In this document: one piece after another, positions 1-10,930 of the stretch
Layout of the letters: every line of letters starts with the position of its first letter
Position numbering within the stretch: the first letter of the stretch is position 1
Assembly: GCA_963797555.1 (NCBI GenBank)
Contig: CAWCPV010000017.1
Coordinates: 64,001-128,000 of the forward strand
Source: an uncultured Gammaproteobacteria bacterium
Lineage (GTDB): Bacteria; Pseudomonadota; Gammaproteobacteria; CAWCPV01
DNA length: 64,000 nt
Direction: 5' to 3'
The notes under the pieces: generated by a model
Told to the model about the DNA's origin: nothing
Databases searched by the model: none
The model's input: only the letters and a program-made list of their open reading frames with translations
Position numbers and translations under genes: made by a program

Positions 1-159
1 TGCGTATGGTGGCGAGCTTCGGCGGCCTCCTCAATCGCAAGGGCGACGGCTTCCCGGGTCCGCAAAGCCTGTGGATCGGGCTGCAGCGAACCCGCGACTT
101 CGTGCTCGCCATGGACGCACAACGGGCCTCACAGAGCCCGAGATGTGTATAACGACATG
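1..159 (+). mobile_element. Right end of an IS4-family (IS50/Tn5 group) element: transposase C-terminus (stop 150-152) and terminal inverted repeat
   Basis: The frame from base 3 reads RMVASFGGLLNRKGDGFPGPQSLWIGLQR, like the Tn5-type dimerisation domain. Bases 141-159 (AGATGTGTATAACGACATG) closely resemble the Tn5 end AGATGTGTATAAGAGACAG. Confidence 0.8.
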
Positions 160-994
160 CGATCAGCCCCTTTCTTCCAAAAAGAGCTTCAAGCTTAGGC
201 TCGCCATCGGCGTATTGCCTTACCACAGAGGTCGATACTATGGTCTCAACCTCATGGAGAAAGTACTTTAGCTGCGGAATGGAAGCGTCATCCTTGAAGA
301 CAATTCGATTGTCAGCACGGTAACGCTCCAAAGAGGGCCGCGCGCCAACCGCATTGTACGGAAAGGCCCATCCCCTCTTCGGCGCTTTGCATGGCCTTTT
401 TGTTGTGGGGTGAGGCGGCTCATAGAATCTGAAGTTATCGGATGTTGGATCCTTAATGGTGTCGGACTGCTTTCCAGCTGGCATCGATGGTTCCACTTCC
501 CGCCAGATCCAAACCACGGCCCCCTGCTGTCTAGCATCCCCTTCTGCTACGAGCCTGCCAATGGCATCTCGGTACTCGGCTCTCTTGTAGGGGTACAGTC
601 CCTTCCACGGGTCAGACTTGGCCGCATCCCGTCGGGATTCACCCTGACTCATCGCCTCTTCGATGTGTCGCAATTTATGCTCTTGATAAAGATTTCGAAG
701 TCTCGCCTCGATCTCAGTCAGCGGTGGAAATTGATTCTGCAGCGACGCCACGAGTTCCATCACTTCAGAGAATCCCGGCTTGGTCTCTCGAAACGAAGAG
801 CCGTCCGCTTCGACGACACTGCTGTTTCGAGCAAAGACTTCGATGTATTCATGATTCGTCGAATACGTCGGAGAGTTGTTGCTGACAGTATCGCGGACCC
901 ATATTACTTCTTCGATTCTGTTGCCATGACCAAACGTATCTCGCAGCTGCCACTCAAGATTAGATCGCTCTATTTCGTTGATGCTCGCAAATAG

Positions 995-2509
995 GGCTCT
1001 TTCGGTAATTGTGTGGATCGTGGTGGTCGAGTAGCATCCGTTCTGAGCAATCGTCTATCACAACATCTTGTGGTTGGGCTTGTGGGGTTGTGGGCGAGAG
1101 GCCCGCGAGTGTGGGCAACCGGGAGGTTGTCCACACGGTCCTTGGGACGCGGGCCGCTCCGCAGGACTCGTCCACAAATCCACAGGCCATCAAGGGGGGA
1201 GCGCCATGGAGCCAACGCATCTATTCACGACGGCACTGGGCCTCACGGCGCCTTGGGAAGTCACCGGCGTACGCTTTGACCCCGAGGCTGGGCGCATCGA
1301 CCTCGAGGTGGCCTTTGCCAAGGGGAGCCGCTTCGCCTGCCCGGCGTGCGGAGTGCCAGGCCAGCCGGTGCATGATACCCGCAAGCGCAGCTGGCAGCAC
1401 CTGAGCTTCTTTAAGTCACGGGCAGACCTGCACGCGCATCTGCCGCGAGTGCGCTGTGAGAGCTGCGGCAAGACGACTCAGGTCGAGCCGCCGTGGGCGC
1501 GCGCACAGAGTGGCTTCACGGCGCTGATGGAGGCACTGGTGGTGACGCTGTGCCAGGCGATGCCGGTGGCGACCGTCGCCCGGCACCTGGGCGTGGGCGA
1601 TGAGCGCCTGTGGGGGGTGCTCGAGCACTACGTGGAGGCGGCCCGCGCCCAGGAGGACCACTCCCCGGTGCGCGCCGTGGGCCTGGACGAGACCGCCGCC
1701 CGGCGGGGGCAGCACTACATCAGCCTGTTCCATGACCTCACGGGCAAACGCCTGCTGTTCGCCTGCGAGGGCCGCGACCAGAGCACCGTGGCGGCCTTTG
1801 CCGCCGACCTCCAGGCGCACGGGGGCGACCCGCAGGCCATCGAGCAGGTGTGCATCGACCTGTCCGCCGCTTATCTCGCCGGGGTGACCAAGCATCTGCC
1901 TAAAGCCACGGTGAGCTTCGATGCCTTCCATGTCATCCAGCTCGCCAACCAGGCCGTCGATACAGTGCGCCGCGAGGAGGTCAAGACCGAGCCCGCCCTC
2001 AGGGGCACCCGCTGGACCTGGCTCAAAGACGCCCACGACTGGACCTGGGAGCAGCTCACCGACTTTCACTGGCTCTCCCGCGCCCGCCTCAAGACCGCCC
2101 GCGCCTGGCGCCTCAAGGAGGCGCTGCGCGATATCTACGCCACGGCCACCACCGCCGAGCAGGCCGAGACCGCGCTCACGCGCTGGTATAGCTGGGCACG
2201 GCGTAGCCGCCTGCAACCCATGAAGCACCTCGCTGCCACTCTGAAAGACCACTGGGACGGTGTGCTCGCCACGTTCGACTCCGGCCTCACCAACGGCCGC
2301 GCCGAGGGCATCAACTCCCTCATCCAGGCCGCCAAAGCCCGCGCCCGGGGCTACCGCACCACGCACTCGCTCATCACCATCGCCTACCTCATCGCGGGCA
2401 ACCTGGCCCACTTGCCGGCCTCGCCGTTCAACACACGATCTTGTGTCAGACCTCAGGCAGAGGCTGCCGCAGCGTAAGCATATCTACCCACACGATTCCG
2501 GTAAGAACC
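995..2509 (+). mobile_element. ISL3-family insertion sequence with an 8-bp target duplication GCAAATAG (987-994 and 2510-2517)
   Basis: Imperfect inverted repeats GGCTCTTTCGGTAATTGTGTGG and CCACACGATTCCGGTAAGAACC, identical 8-bp flanks, and an internal transposase. Confidence 0.93.
1206..2477 (+). CDS. ISL3 transposase, intact
   Basis: Zinc finger CPACG..CESCG and motifs GLDET, CIDLS, FDAFHV and TNGRAEGINS. GGGGGAG RBS before the ATG at 1206. Confidence 0.93.
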   Translation: MEPTHLFTTALGLTAPWEVTGVRFDPEAGRIDLEVAFAKGSRFACPACGVPGQPVHDTRKRSWQHLSFFKSRADLHAHLPRVRCESCGKTTQVEPPWARAQSGFTALMEALVVTLCQAMPVATVARHLGVGDERLWGVLEHYVEAARAQEDHSPVRAVGLDETAARRGQHYISLFHDLTGKRLLFACEGRDQSTVAAFAADLQAHGGDPQAIEQVCIDLSAAYLAGVTKHLPKATVSFDAFHVIQLANQAVDTVRREEVKTEPALRGTRWTWLKDAHDWTWEQLTDFHWLSRARLKTARAWRLKEALRDIYATATTAEQAETALTRWYSWARRSRLQPMKHLAATLKDHWDGVLATFDSGLTNGRAEGINSLIQAAKARARGYRTTHSLITIAYLIAGNLAHLPASPFNTRSCVRPQAEAAAA

Positions 2510-2619
2510 GCAAATAGTAGCCCGTTGACCCTCATCAGTCTGCGAGCAGTTGCCAGTCGATCGTTCATCATCGACGCCCAACTGGCGCTCTTATACGTGT
2601 CTTTGTACGCGAAACCATC

Positions 2620-4604
2620 CGGAGAGTAGACCGGGGCCTTACCATCGGGTAGGTTGAAGTTGGTGTTCTCCGTTAGCCGCCTGGTTTCCCGGCGGTGCCA
2701 CAATATCTCAACCGTACGTTGGCTTGTCCTCCGGTCCCTCGCAGAACCGGACATGGAGCGTTACACCATCCGGCTCCCAGTCTGAGTCTTCCACAGAGGA
2801 ATGGGATAGAGGTCGTGAACGATGCGGGCCGTGGGGAGCAGAGGCCGGATCACCCGGCCAAAGCGCTTCCAGGTCATCGAGCGCCGTTGGCTGCGCCGGT
2901 TCAGCCACTTGAACAAGTAGTGCGTGGCAAAGTACACATAGCTCGCCACGCCACAGCTGTTGCCGCTGACGCCGTAGTACTGGATATGTCCGCGCAGATG
3001 GCGCCCGACAAGGCCACCATGGCCTGCCCACCTTTGGCCCGCAGAGTCCGCAGGCGTCCACTGAGCTGCTTGAGCTTCTTGCGGACCCGCTTGCCTTCCG
3101 TCTTGCGCCCCACCACAAAGCGCCCTGTGCGGCTGCGCCCGAGGTAGTGGGTGAATCCGAGAAAGCTGAAGGTCCGGGGTGCGTCACCGTGGCCGGGGTC
3201 ATCACCCGGGGCTTGGCTGCCGAAGGGCAGCACCGCCGTCTTACGGGGCTCCACCTGCAAGTCGAATTGCGCCAGCCGCTGCTCCATCTCCGTCTGGAAG
3301 CGCCGAGCATCGGCCTCCTGCTCAAAGCAGGCGACATAATCGTCAGCGTAGCGGATGAGGTAAGCCTTTCCGCCACAGCTTTTCACATAGCGCTTTTCGA
3401 ACCACAGGTCGAGCACATAATGCAGGTAGATGTTGCTCAGCACCGGCGAGACCAATCCCCCTTGCGGGGTACCTTCCTCGGTGGCGCTGAACACCCCGTC
3501 TTCCATGACCCCGGCCTTGAGGAAGCGCTGGATGAGCCGCAGCACCTTGGGGTCGGCGATCCGCTGCTCCAGGAACCGCATCAAGTGGGTGTGTGACACA
3601 TGCTCAAAGAAGCCTTTGATGTCGGCCTCCACCACCCACTGCGTCCCCTTGGTAATGACCTCTGCCACCTGTCGCAGCGCATCGTGCGCGCTGCGCCCGG
3701 GGCGAAAGCCATAGCAGCAGTCCCGGAACTCCGGCTCCCAGATGGCCTGCAGAACCTGGCTGAGCCGGTCCTGCACCAAACGGTCCTCAAAGCAAGGAAT
3801 TCCTAACGGCCGGTAACGTCCATCGCCTTTCGGCAGGTACACCCGCCGCACCGGCTGGGGCCGATAGCCCATCCGGCGCAGCCGCTGCGACAGCTCCGCT
3901 ATCCGCCCTTCCACTCCTTCGGCATACTGCTCCTTGCTCATCCCATCGACTCCGGGCGCCTTCTTCCCGTCCTGGCGCTCGAAGCTCTCGCGCAAACCCT
4001 CCGGGTCGAACACCCACCCCATCAGGGCGTTGAACCGCATCCGCGGCTCTTCGCGCGACTTCTGTGCGAAACGCTCAAGTCGTGTAGTCACGGTCATAGT
4101 CCTCTCAGCGTAGGGCCGTGTTTCCCTCTCGCGTTGTCTCAGACCGCCACCCCTTCGCTCCGCCTGCATTACCAGACCTCCACGCTACTATGGGTGGCTC
4201 CGACTTCCGAACGCCTCCGCCCGCGTCCTCGCTTCTACACTCGTTCACGGGTGCCCACACCCTGTGGACCGACGCCCGGATCTCCTTGGTTACCGCCTAC
4301 TCGCGATGTCAGGCTCGATACGGCCTCGGACCCCGGGGAGTACCCGCACCACTCGCCTTGACGCTGCACGGGTTGTAGCCTGCCGGAGGGTCAAACCCGT
4401 CGGCACTCTCCCACTGAATTTTTCGGGGCTCTACACCTTCAAGGTCGGCATCACCCGTTACCCTTGCACCTCGCCTGCTTTCGTGCCTACGCATCAATCC
4501 GCCCGTTGCCGGACAAACTGCAAGGCTCGATACTGGACCCGTGGCTAGCGGCTATCCAGGTGGGCTTCCCACCCACTCAAGTACGCGGCATTGCCAAGCC
4601 GCAA
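2620..4604 (-). mobile_element. Group II intron (retroelement) inserted in mod
   Basis: 5' end TTGCG, domain V at 2744-2776 (GAGCCGGATG..GTCCGGTTC) and 3' end CTACTCTCCG. Removing it restores the frame DPPYNTGQ|DGFAYKD. Candidate EBS1 and EBS2 pair with the 5' exon. Confidence 0.9.
2761..4097 (-). CDS. ltrA: Group II intron reverse transcriptase/maturase, no endonuclease domain, with a 1-bp frameshift near 3010
   Basis: Motifs KAPGVDG, RPLGIP, YGFRPGRS, DIKGFF, GTPQGG and RYADD. Domain X continues in the 2761-2949 frame (FKWLNRRSQRRS). GAGAGGA RBS before the ATG at 4097. Confidence 0.88.
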
Positions 4605-5124
4605 CTGACCCGTGTTGTAGGGCGGATCGATGTAGATGCACTTCACTTGCTCGCCGTACCGCGGCTGCATCAACGACAGCGCTTGAAAATTCTCACTGTG
4701 GAAGAGCACGCCGTCCGTTTTCTCGTCCACGTCGCCGACTGCCTCTAACAGCCGCGCCGTGAAGCCGGCATCGAAGTGCCGCGTGTCCACTACCAGCGTC
4801 GGGTGCGCCTTCAGGAACTCCGGCTTGAGCGGCTTGCTGTACCGCGGCTTCGTTAGGTCGCCCTTGATCTCGTCGATGGCGAAGAGCGTCACCCACTCCT
4901 CGCGCTGCGCCTCGTTCGCCGCGATCTCCGCGTAGAACGCCTCCGGGATGCAGCCCACCGTGATGCACCACTGCGTCTCGACCACGAACTTCTTCTTCAG
5001 CCACAGCTTCTTCTGGAAGTCCTCGAGCTGGGCGAGGAAGTCGATGATCTTGCCCGCGATCTTGCGGATGACCTTGATCTTGGAGAGGTACTGCTCGACG
5101 CGCGGCGCGGTCTCGTTCTCCACG

Positions 5125-5156
<32 letters not shown>

Positions 5157-6203
5157 GAAGTCCAGCTCCCGGCGCAGGAAGGTCCCGAGATCCTTGTGGA
5201 TGAAGTAGTCGAAGGTGTTGCGCGCGGTGTAGCGCCTCAGGTGCGCCTCCAGCCGCGTGTAGTCGGCCTTCTCGCCACCGGCCGTGACGTGCGGCTTGCC
5301 CAGCTCCGCGATCCACGCGGCGAGTGAGGCGTCCGCCACCGCCAGGATGCGCTTCGTCGTGAGCGCGCGTCAGGTCCTTCTGCGCCGGTGGCTTGTTCTT
5401 GCCCGCGCTGGCATCGTCTGGCCAGTCGGTGAGCGTCGCCGGGCGGTACTCGAAGCGGATGACGAGCTCCTTGCCCTGCTCACCATCTTCCTCGGCGATG
5501 AAGTCCCGGCCCGACTCTCCGAGCGCGGCGAGGATGAACACGCGGTCCTTGCCCTCGGCGGCCTTGACGTTGCCGTGCTCGCCCTCGGCGGCGTCCGCCA
5601 GGCGGAAGTGCACGCGCATCGGCTTCTTGTCGTCGTCCGGCCGCAGGCGGAAGGCGTAGTCGCGCAGGTACTCGCTGGTCTTGATGTAGTACTGGTCCTT
5701 GTTGGCCCAGTGGAGCTTGACCTCCTCGCCCTCGTAGGGGATGGCGTAGACGCCCGGCTTGTAGACGCGCTTGGCAAGGAAGTCGCCCTCGGAGTAGTAG
5801 CGGCGGAAGAAGCTGTAGAGATGGTCGTAGACCTCGCTCTCCAGCGCACCCAGGTCCACGGCGTCGCTCTCAAGCCGGGCGCGCAGGTCCTTGACCTTGG
5901 GCGACTGCGTCCGGGTCCATGCCAGCGGCCTCGATGCCCGCGATGACCTTGGCCAGCTCCTTCTCGATCTCGGCCTTGTCGGCGGTCTTGTACAGCCCGA
6001 AGGCCGCCTGCACCTGCGGCAGCAGGTCCTTGTCGAGGAACTGCGTCACCTCGGCGCTCTTGGCGTGCATGACGCGGTAGAGGCCGAAGTCCAGGTCGGG
6101 CTGGTCGAGCTGGAACAGCTCCTTCAGCAGGGTCTTCAGCTTCTCGTACTTCTGGCTCATCCGGTGTCCCGTCCCTTGCGATTCGTTAGCGCCAGTGGCC
6201 AGC

Positions 6204-9121
6204 CTACTCGACCGCCCAGCGGATGGTGAAGAGGGTCTCCGTCTCGGTCCGCTGCGCCAGCCGGCGCTCCAGTGAGTCGATGAGCTGGTCGCGCTTCTCC
6301 ATGATCTCGTCCTCGACCTTGAAGATCTCCTGCCGCTGGCGGCGCTGCTGGCGTCTCGAGCTTCTGGATCTTCTCCTGGATCTCGTGCTGCTCGGCGAGC
6401 GTCACCGCCTGCCGCGCCTGGCGCCGCAGGGCCTTGATCTGCTCCTTGGTGTCCTGCGAGCGCCTTCTCGGCCGAGAGCACCATGTCGTCGGCCCACTTC
6501 TCCAGCTTCTCGCGCGCCTCGTTGAAGTGCGCGCTGTTCTGCTCCAGCGAGCGGCTGACTGTGGCCTTGGCGTGGCGCTCGGCTTCGCCGGCGAGGCGTT
6601 GCGCACCGCGGCCGGGATCGCGTCGTCGCTGCCCCGTCATCGCGACTCGGCCGCAGCAGCCGAAGAGCTTCTCCATCGTCTCCTGGTCGAGCGAGGCGCC
6701 GGCCGTCGTCGAAGCCGGAGAAGAGCAGGTACTCCTCCCGCTCGTAGGACTCGACGGTCAGGCGGGTCAGCGTCAGGTAGCCGCTCTTCCGCGCAGCGCC
6801 TCGACGACGTGCGAGGCGCGTCGGATGGTGCGTCACGTCGAAGACGATCCGCGCGGGCGGGGTCGGCAAGCGCCTTGGCGCCGTCCACGACATGCTCGCC
6901 GAGCGGATGCGACAGGCGGTAGAGGAAGCGGCTCTGCTCCTCGCCGCTGTCCTCGTCGGTCCCGTCGACCGCGGATGCGACTTCGAGATCAGGTGGTAGC
7001 GGCCCCTTGGGGATGTCGTCGCGCGGCGGTCGTTCGAGGTCGAAGGCCAGCGCGGCGTCGTCGAAGCGCGCCCGGTCGTCGAGCATGAAGCGCGTCAGCG
7101 ACCAGAAGCGCTGGCCGACGCGGTCGAGCTGGGCCTTGGCGTCGGCGAGCTGCAGTCGCAGCCGCTGGTGCACGTCCTCGTCGAAGTGCTCGAACAGCTT
7201 GCGGCGCGTGTCGTCGAGCCGCGTGCGGATCTGCTCGTCCATCTCCGCCTGCAGGGTGCGGAACGCGGCGTCGATCTCCTCGGGCGTGCGGCACTCCTGG
7301 TAGATGGCGAGGATGCGCTTCTCGAAGTCGACGCCCGACTCGATGCTGCCGAGCACCTCGTCGGAGGCGCCGAAGACGCCGTTGAAGAGGCTGAACTTCT
7401 CGGTCAGCAGCTCCAGCACGCGCCGGTCGGCCTCGTTGCGTTCGTTCAGGAAGTTGATGACGACCACGTCGTGCTTCTGGCCGTAGCGGTGGCAGCGGCC
7501 GATGCGCTGCTCGATGCGCTGCGGGTTCCAGGGCAGGTCGTAGTTCACGACCAGCGAGCAGAACTGCAGGTTGATGCCTTCCGCCGCCGCCTCGGTGGCG
7601 AGCAGGATGGTCGCCTCGTCGCGGAAGTGCTCGATGAGCGCCGTGCGCACGTCCACCGCGCGCGAGCCCGAGGCGCGGCCGGTGTCGCGGTTGCTCTCGA
7701 CCCAGCGCTCGTAGATCGCGGTGGCCTCCGGCCCGCCGTTGGTGCCGTTGAAGAGCACGACCTGTCCCCGGTAGCCGTGGGATTCGAGGAAGGTCTTCAG
7801 GTAGTCCTGCGTCCGGCGCGACTCGGTGAAGACCAGCGCCTTGCGCGCGGCGCCCGTCGTAGCCATCTGCTCGAAGCCGATCTCCAGCGCCTTGAGCAGC
7901 GTCTGCGTCTTGGTGTCGATGCCGATGCCGCCGCGCCCAGGTGGCGAGCCGCTGCAGGATGTCGATCTCCTCGCGCAGCTTCTGGCGGTCGATGGCGACC
8001 GGGGCGCGCCTCGGGCTCTCCGGCTTCCTCGTCCTCCGCGAGGATCTCGTCGAGCAGGTCGTCCTCGATCTCCTCTGCCTCGATCAGCCGCTCGGCGAAC
8101 TCCGGATCGCTCTGCAGCCCGCTCGTCGCGCAGCGTTTCCAGGCGCAGCCGCAGCGTGTCGAGCGTGGCGGCGATGGCCTGCGACGACGAGGCGAGCAGC
8201 TTGCGGAGGATCAGCGCGGTCAGGTGCCGTTGCCGCTGCGGAAGCGCGTAGCTGTTCTCGCGCTGGAGGAAGGCGGAGACCGCCTCGTACAGCGCGTGCT
8301 CGTCGTCGGTCGGCTTGAACGGCCGCGTGATCGGCCGCCGCTCGGTGTAGCGGATGTACTCAGTCACCTGGTTGCGCAGCGTACGCTTGCAGAAGCCGCG
8401 AGGCGCTGCCGCAGGGCGCTCGAGGTTGCTGCCGGCGCTGGCGTACTGGGAACGGAAAGAGTTGACGTCGCCGAACAGGTGCTCGTCGATAAGCGTCGAG
8501 AGGCCGTACAGCTCGAGCAGCGAGTTCTGCAGCGGCGTCGCCGTCAGCAGGAGCTTGCGGCAGTCCTCGGTCGCCCAGCGGATGCCCTGGCCGACTTTGT
8601 TGCTCGGCCGGTAGGCGTTGCGCAGCTTGTGGGCCTCGTCGATGACGACGAGATCCCAGGCGATCGCTCTTCAGTTCCTCGCGCAGGCTGTTCGCGTAGT
8701 TGAAGGACAGGATCAGCGATAGCTGTTCGCTGTCAGCGGTGTCTTGCCTGTCTCGCCTGGCTTCGCGGTAAGCCTTCGCGTCGAGCACCAGCACGGGGAG
8801 GTTGAACTTCTCCTCGAGCTCCAGCGCCCACTGCTTGCGGATCGACGCCGGGCAGATCACCAGCAGCCGGCGCTTGCGCTCCGCCCAGAACTGGCACAGC
8901 ACGATGCCGGCCTCGATCGTCTTTCCGAGGCCCACCTCGTCGGCCAGGATCACGCCCTTGGAAAGCGGCGACTGCAGGGCGAACAGCGCCGCCTCGATCT
9001 GGTGCGGATTCAGATCGACCGCGGCGTCGAACAGCGACATGGACAGCCGGTCCATGCCGCTCGCGGCGCGGCGCGTCAGGTCGTGGGCGAAGTACTTGGC
9101 TTGGTGAGGCGTGAGGCTCAT
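6204..9121 (-). pseudogene. SNF2-family DEAD/DEAH helicase, broken by many indels (real decay or sequencing error)
   Basis: Motifs NPHQIEAALFA, ILADEVGLGKTIEAG, FTESRRTQ, TEAAAEGINLQ and NYDLPWNPQRIEQRIGRCHRYGQ. Ends TLFTIRWAVE. Confidence 0.85.
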
Positions 9122-9279
9122 CGGCGCGGTCGTCCGATGGACGCCGCAGGCATATGGCGGGTCGGCTGCAAGCACGAGTTCAAGTAAGCCGCTGCGCGGC
9201 AAGGTCTTTTGGCCTTCTGTGCCCCCCTATCCCCCACCCTCTCCTCTGCCCGCCGTCCCTGCCGAGGCAGTGCTGAGTG

Positions 9280-9308
9280 AATATACAGCGCGTTACGTTG
9301 CGTGTGAA
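9280..9308 (-). promoter_or_regulatory. Putative sigma70 promoter for the helicase-mod operon
   Basis: TTCACA-N17-TATATT on the minus strand, about 160 bp upstream of the ATG at 9121. Confidence 0.4.
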
Positions 9309-9409
9309 GTTCCGTCTGACAGAGACCGCTTACGGGCTTGTTCTGTGTATCGCCCGATTCCTGTCAAGGCGCCTGCGAGCAGACCGCCTTTTCGCTGTGA
9401 CCTACCTCC

Positions 9410-9437
9410 TTGACACACTTGGCTCTTCCCTTATACT
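9410..9437 (+). promoter_or_regulatory. Sigma70 promoter of the toxin-antitoxin operon
   Basis: TTGACA-N16-TATACT, 36 bp upstream of the antitoxin ATG. Confidence 0.65.
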
Positions 9438-9473
9438 GAAATCACCGGTTTAACTTGCTTATTTTTATCTTGC

Positions 9474-9836
9474 ATGGCCAGGGTCACCAAAACCATAGGA
9501 TTCTCGGTCCCGCCCTCCATGGCCGAGGAGTTCGAAAGCCTGGCGCGGGACGAGCGCAGAACGAAGAGCGAGCTCTTCCGGGAGATGCTGCGCCTGTACC
9601 GGACATACCGCCAGCGGGTCGGTGGGGTGGACGAGGAGCGATTTGACCAGCTCGTCGAGCGGGTGCTTCGGGAAGCGCAGGAGAACCCCATGAGCGCCGA
9701 GGAGATGGACGAGGTCGAGCAGCGGCTCATGCGATACGGGGCACGCAAGGCCCGGGAGCTGGGTATCGCAGAAGAAGATGTAGACCGCATCGTGTATGCA
9801 GAAAGAAAAAAGCGAGAGGTTCCGGGTCGTCCTTGA
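9474..9836 (+). CDS. Ribbon-helix-helix (CopG-type) antitoxin
   Basis: KTIGFSVPPSMAEEFESLARDERRTKSELFREML RHH pattern; overlaps the PIN gene. Confidence 0.8.
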   Translation: MARVTKTIGFSVPPSMAEEFESLARDERRTKSELFREMLRLYRTYRQRVGGVDEERFDQLVERVLREAQENPMSAEEMDEVEQRLMRYGARKARELGIAEEDVDRIVYAERKKREVPGRP

Positions 9837-10227
9837 CACCAATATCTACGTCTCCGCGTTTACCTCTCGCCCGGGACCGCCGCTTTCCTTGTGGAAGCGC
9901 GCGAGGCGCGGGAGCTATCGGCTCCTGGTGTCGCCGACCATCATCAGAGAGCTTGCCCGCGTGCTTCGCGAGCGCTTCTTCTGGGGAGAGGAGCAGGTCC
10001 TTCTGCATCTCAAGCTCATTGCCAGTGCGGGCGAGGTGATCGCTCCAAAAGCCGTTCCAGTGGTGATCGAGCGGGACCCCGCCGACAACGAGATCCTGGC
10101 CTGCGCCATCGCCGGGCGCGCCGACCTCATCGTGACGGGAGACCGGGACCTGCTGCGGCTCAAGTCCTACGACACGGTAGGCATCGTGCGCCCGCGGGAC
10201 TTCCTGCGAACCCTGGGAGGCACATGA
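9796..10227 (+). CDS. PIN-domain toxin (VapC-like)
   Basis: RVVLDTNIYVSA and DPADNEILACAIAGRADLIVTGDRDLL. Confidence 0.9.
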   Translation: MQKEKSERFRVVLDTNIYVSAFTSRPGPPLSLWKRARRGSYRLLVSPTIIRELARVLRERFFWGEEQVLLHLKLIASAGEVIAPKAVPVVIERDPADNEILACAIAGRADLIVTGDRDLLRLKSYDTVGIVRPRDFLRTLGGT

Positions 10228-10345
10228 TATTTTGTTCGGGTCCTGGGCTTGCGTGAAACGGTATCAGGGGAGGAATATCCGACGTCGGATACCGCAGGCC
10301 CGCCCTAAGGACCTTGCTCACGATAGTAATAAGTAGTTGAAACAT

Positions 10346-10609
10346 ATGACAACAATACTTGCGATAGCCAACCAAAAAGGGGGGGTTGGAAACATTCCGC
10401 TGGCGGAGCTCGAGAGCCGCATCGACGAGCTATCTCCTTACCTGGAGCGCCCCATCGCCCTGGTCTGCCGCACCGACCGGAGCTCCGCCAAGGCTGCCCA
10501 GGCCCTGAGCGGCAGGGGGTTTGCGGACGTACACGTGGTCATCGGCGGCATGACCGCCTGGAATCGGGCGGGCTGGGCGGTGACGAGAGACCCCGCTCGG
10601 AACGAGTGA
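10346..10609 (+). pseudogene. Chimera of a ParA N-terminus fused in frame to the C-terminal half of a rhodanese domain
   Basis: MTTILAIANQKGGVG (Walker A without KT) joined to NIPLAELE..IALVCRTDRSS..VIGGMTAW. Confidence 0.75.
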
Positions 10610-10930
10610 GCGGGTGAAGATTCTGTTCGTCCTGACTGGCCCCACCTTACCCCCACGGAACGCTGCTACACGAGAATCGCCACCCTGCCGGTCGGTCGCC
10701 TGCCTCCCCATCGAGCCCAGCATGTCCCTGAGCATATCGATGTCGCCCATGGCGCCCAGGAGTCTCGGGCGGCGATTCCGCTGCCGGGCAGGAATCCCTG
10801 GTTCCGTCGCGCCTGCCCCTCTGGTGGCGGCAACCGGTGCCACACTCACGAGGCGCCTCTAGTGCCCCGCATCGGCCCCTGCCGGGCTTTGCACTCGCGG
10901 CGAAACTAGCCGAGCTGTCGGACATGCGGA

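Noticed and set aside
410-994. 194-aa plus-strand ORF
   Set aside because: It is the antisense shadow of the mod segment encoded on the minus strand.
2761-4097. The RT as a retron, DGR or defence RT
   Set aside because: Domain V, domain X and the exon-restoring boundaries identify a group II intron.
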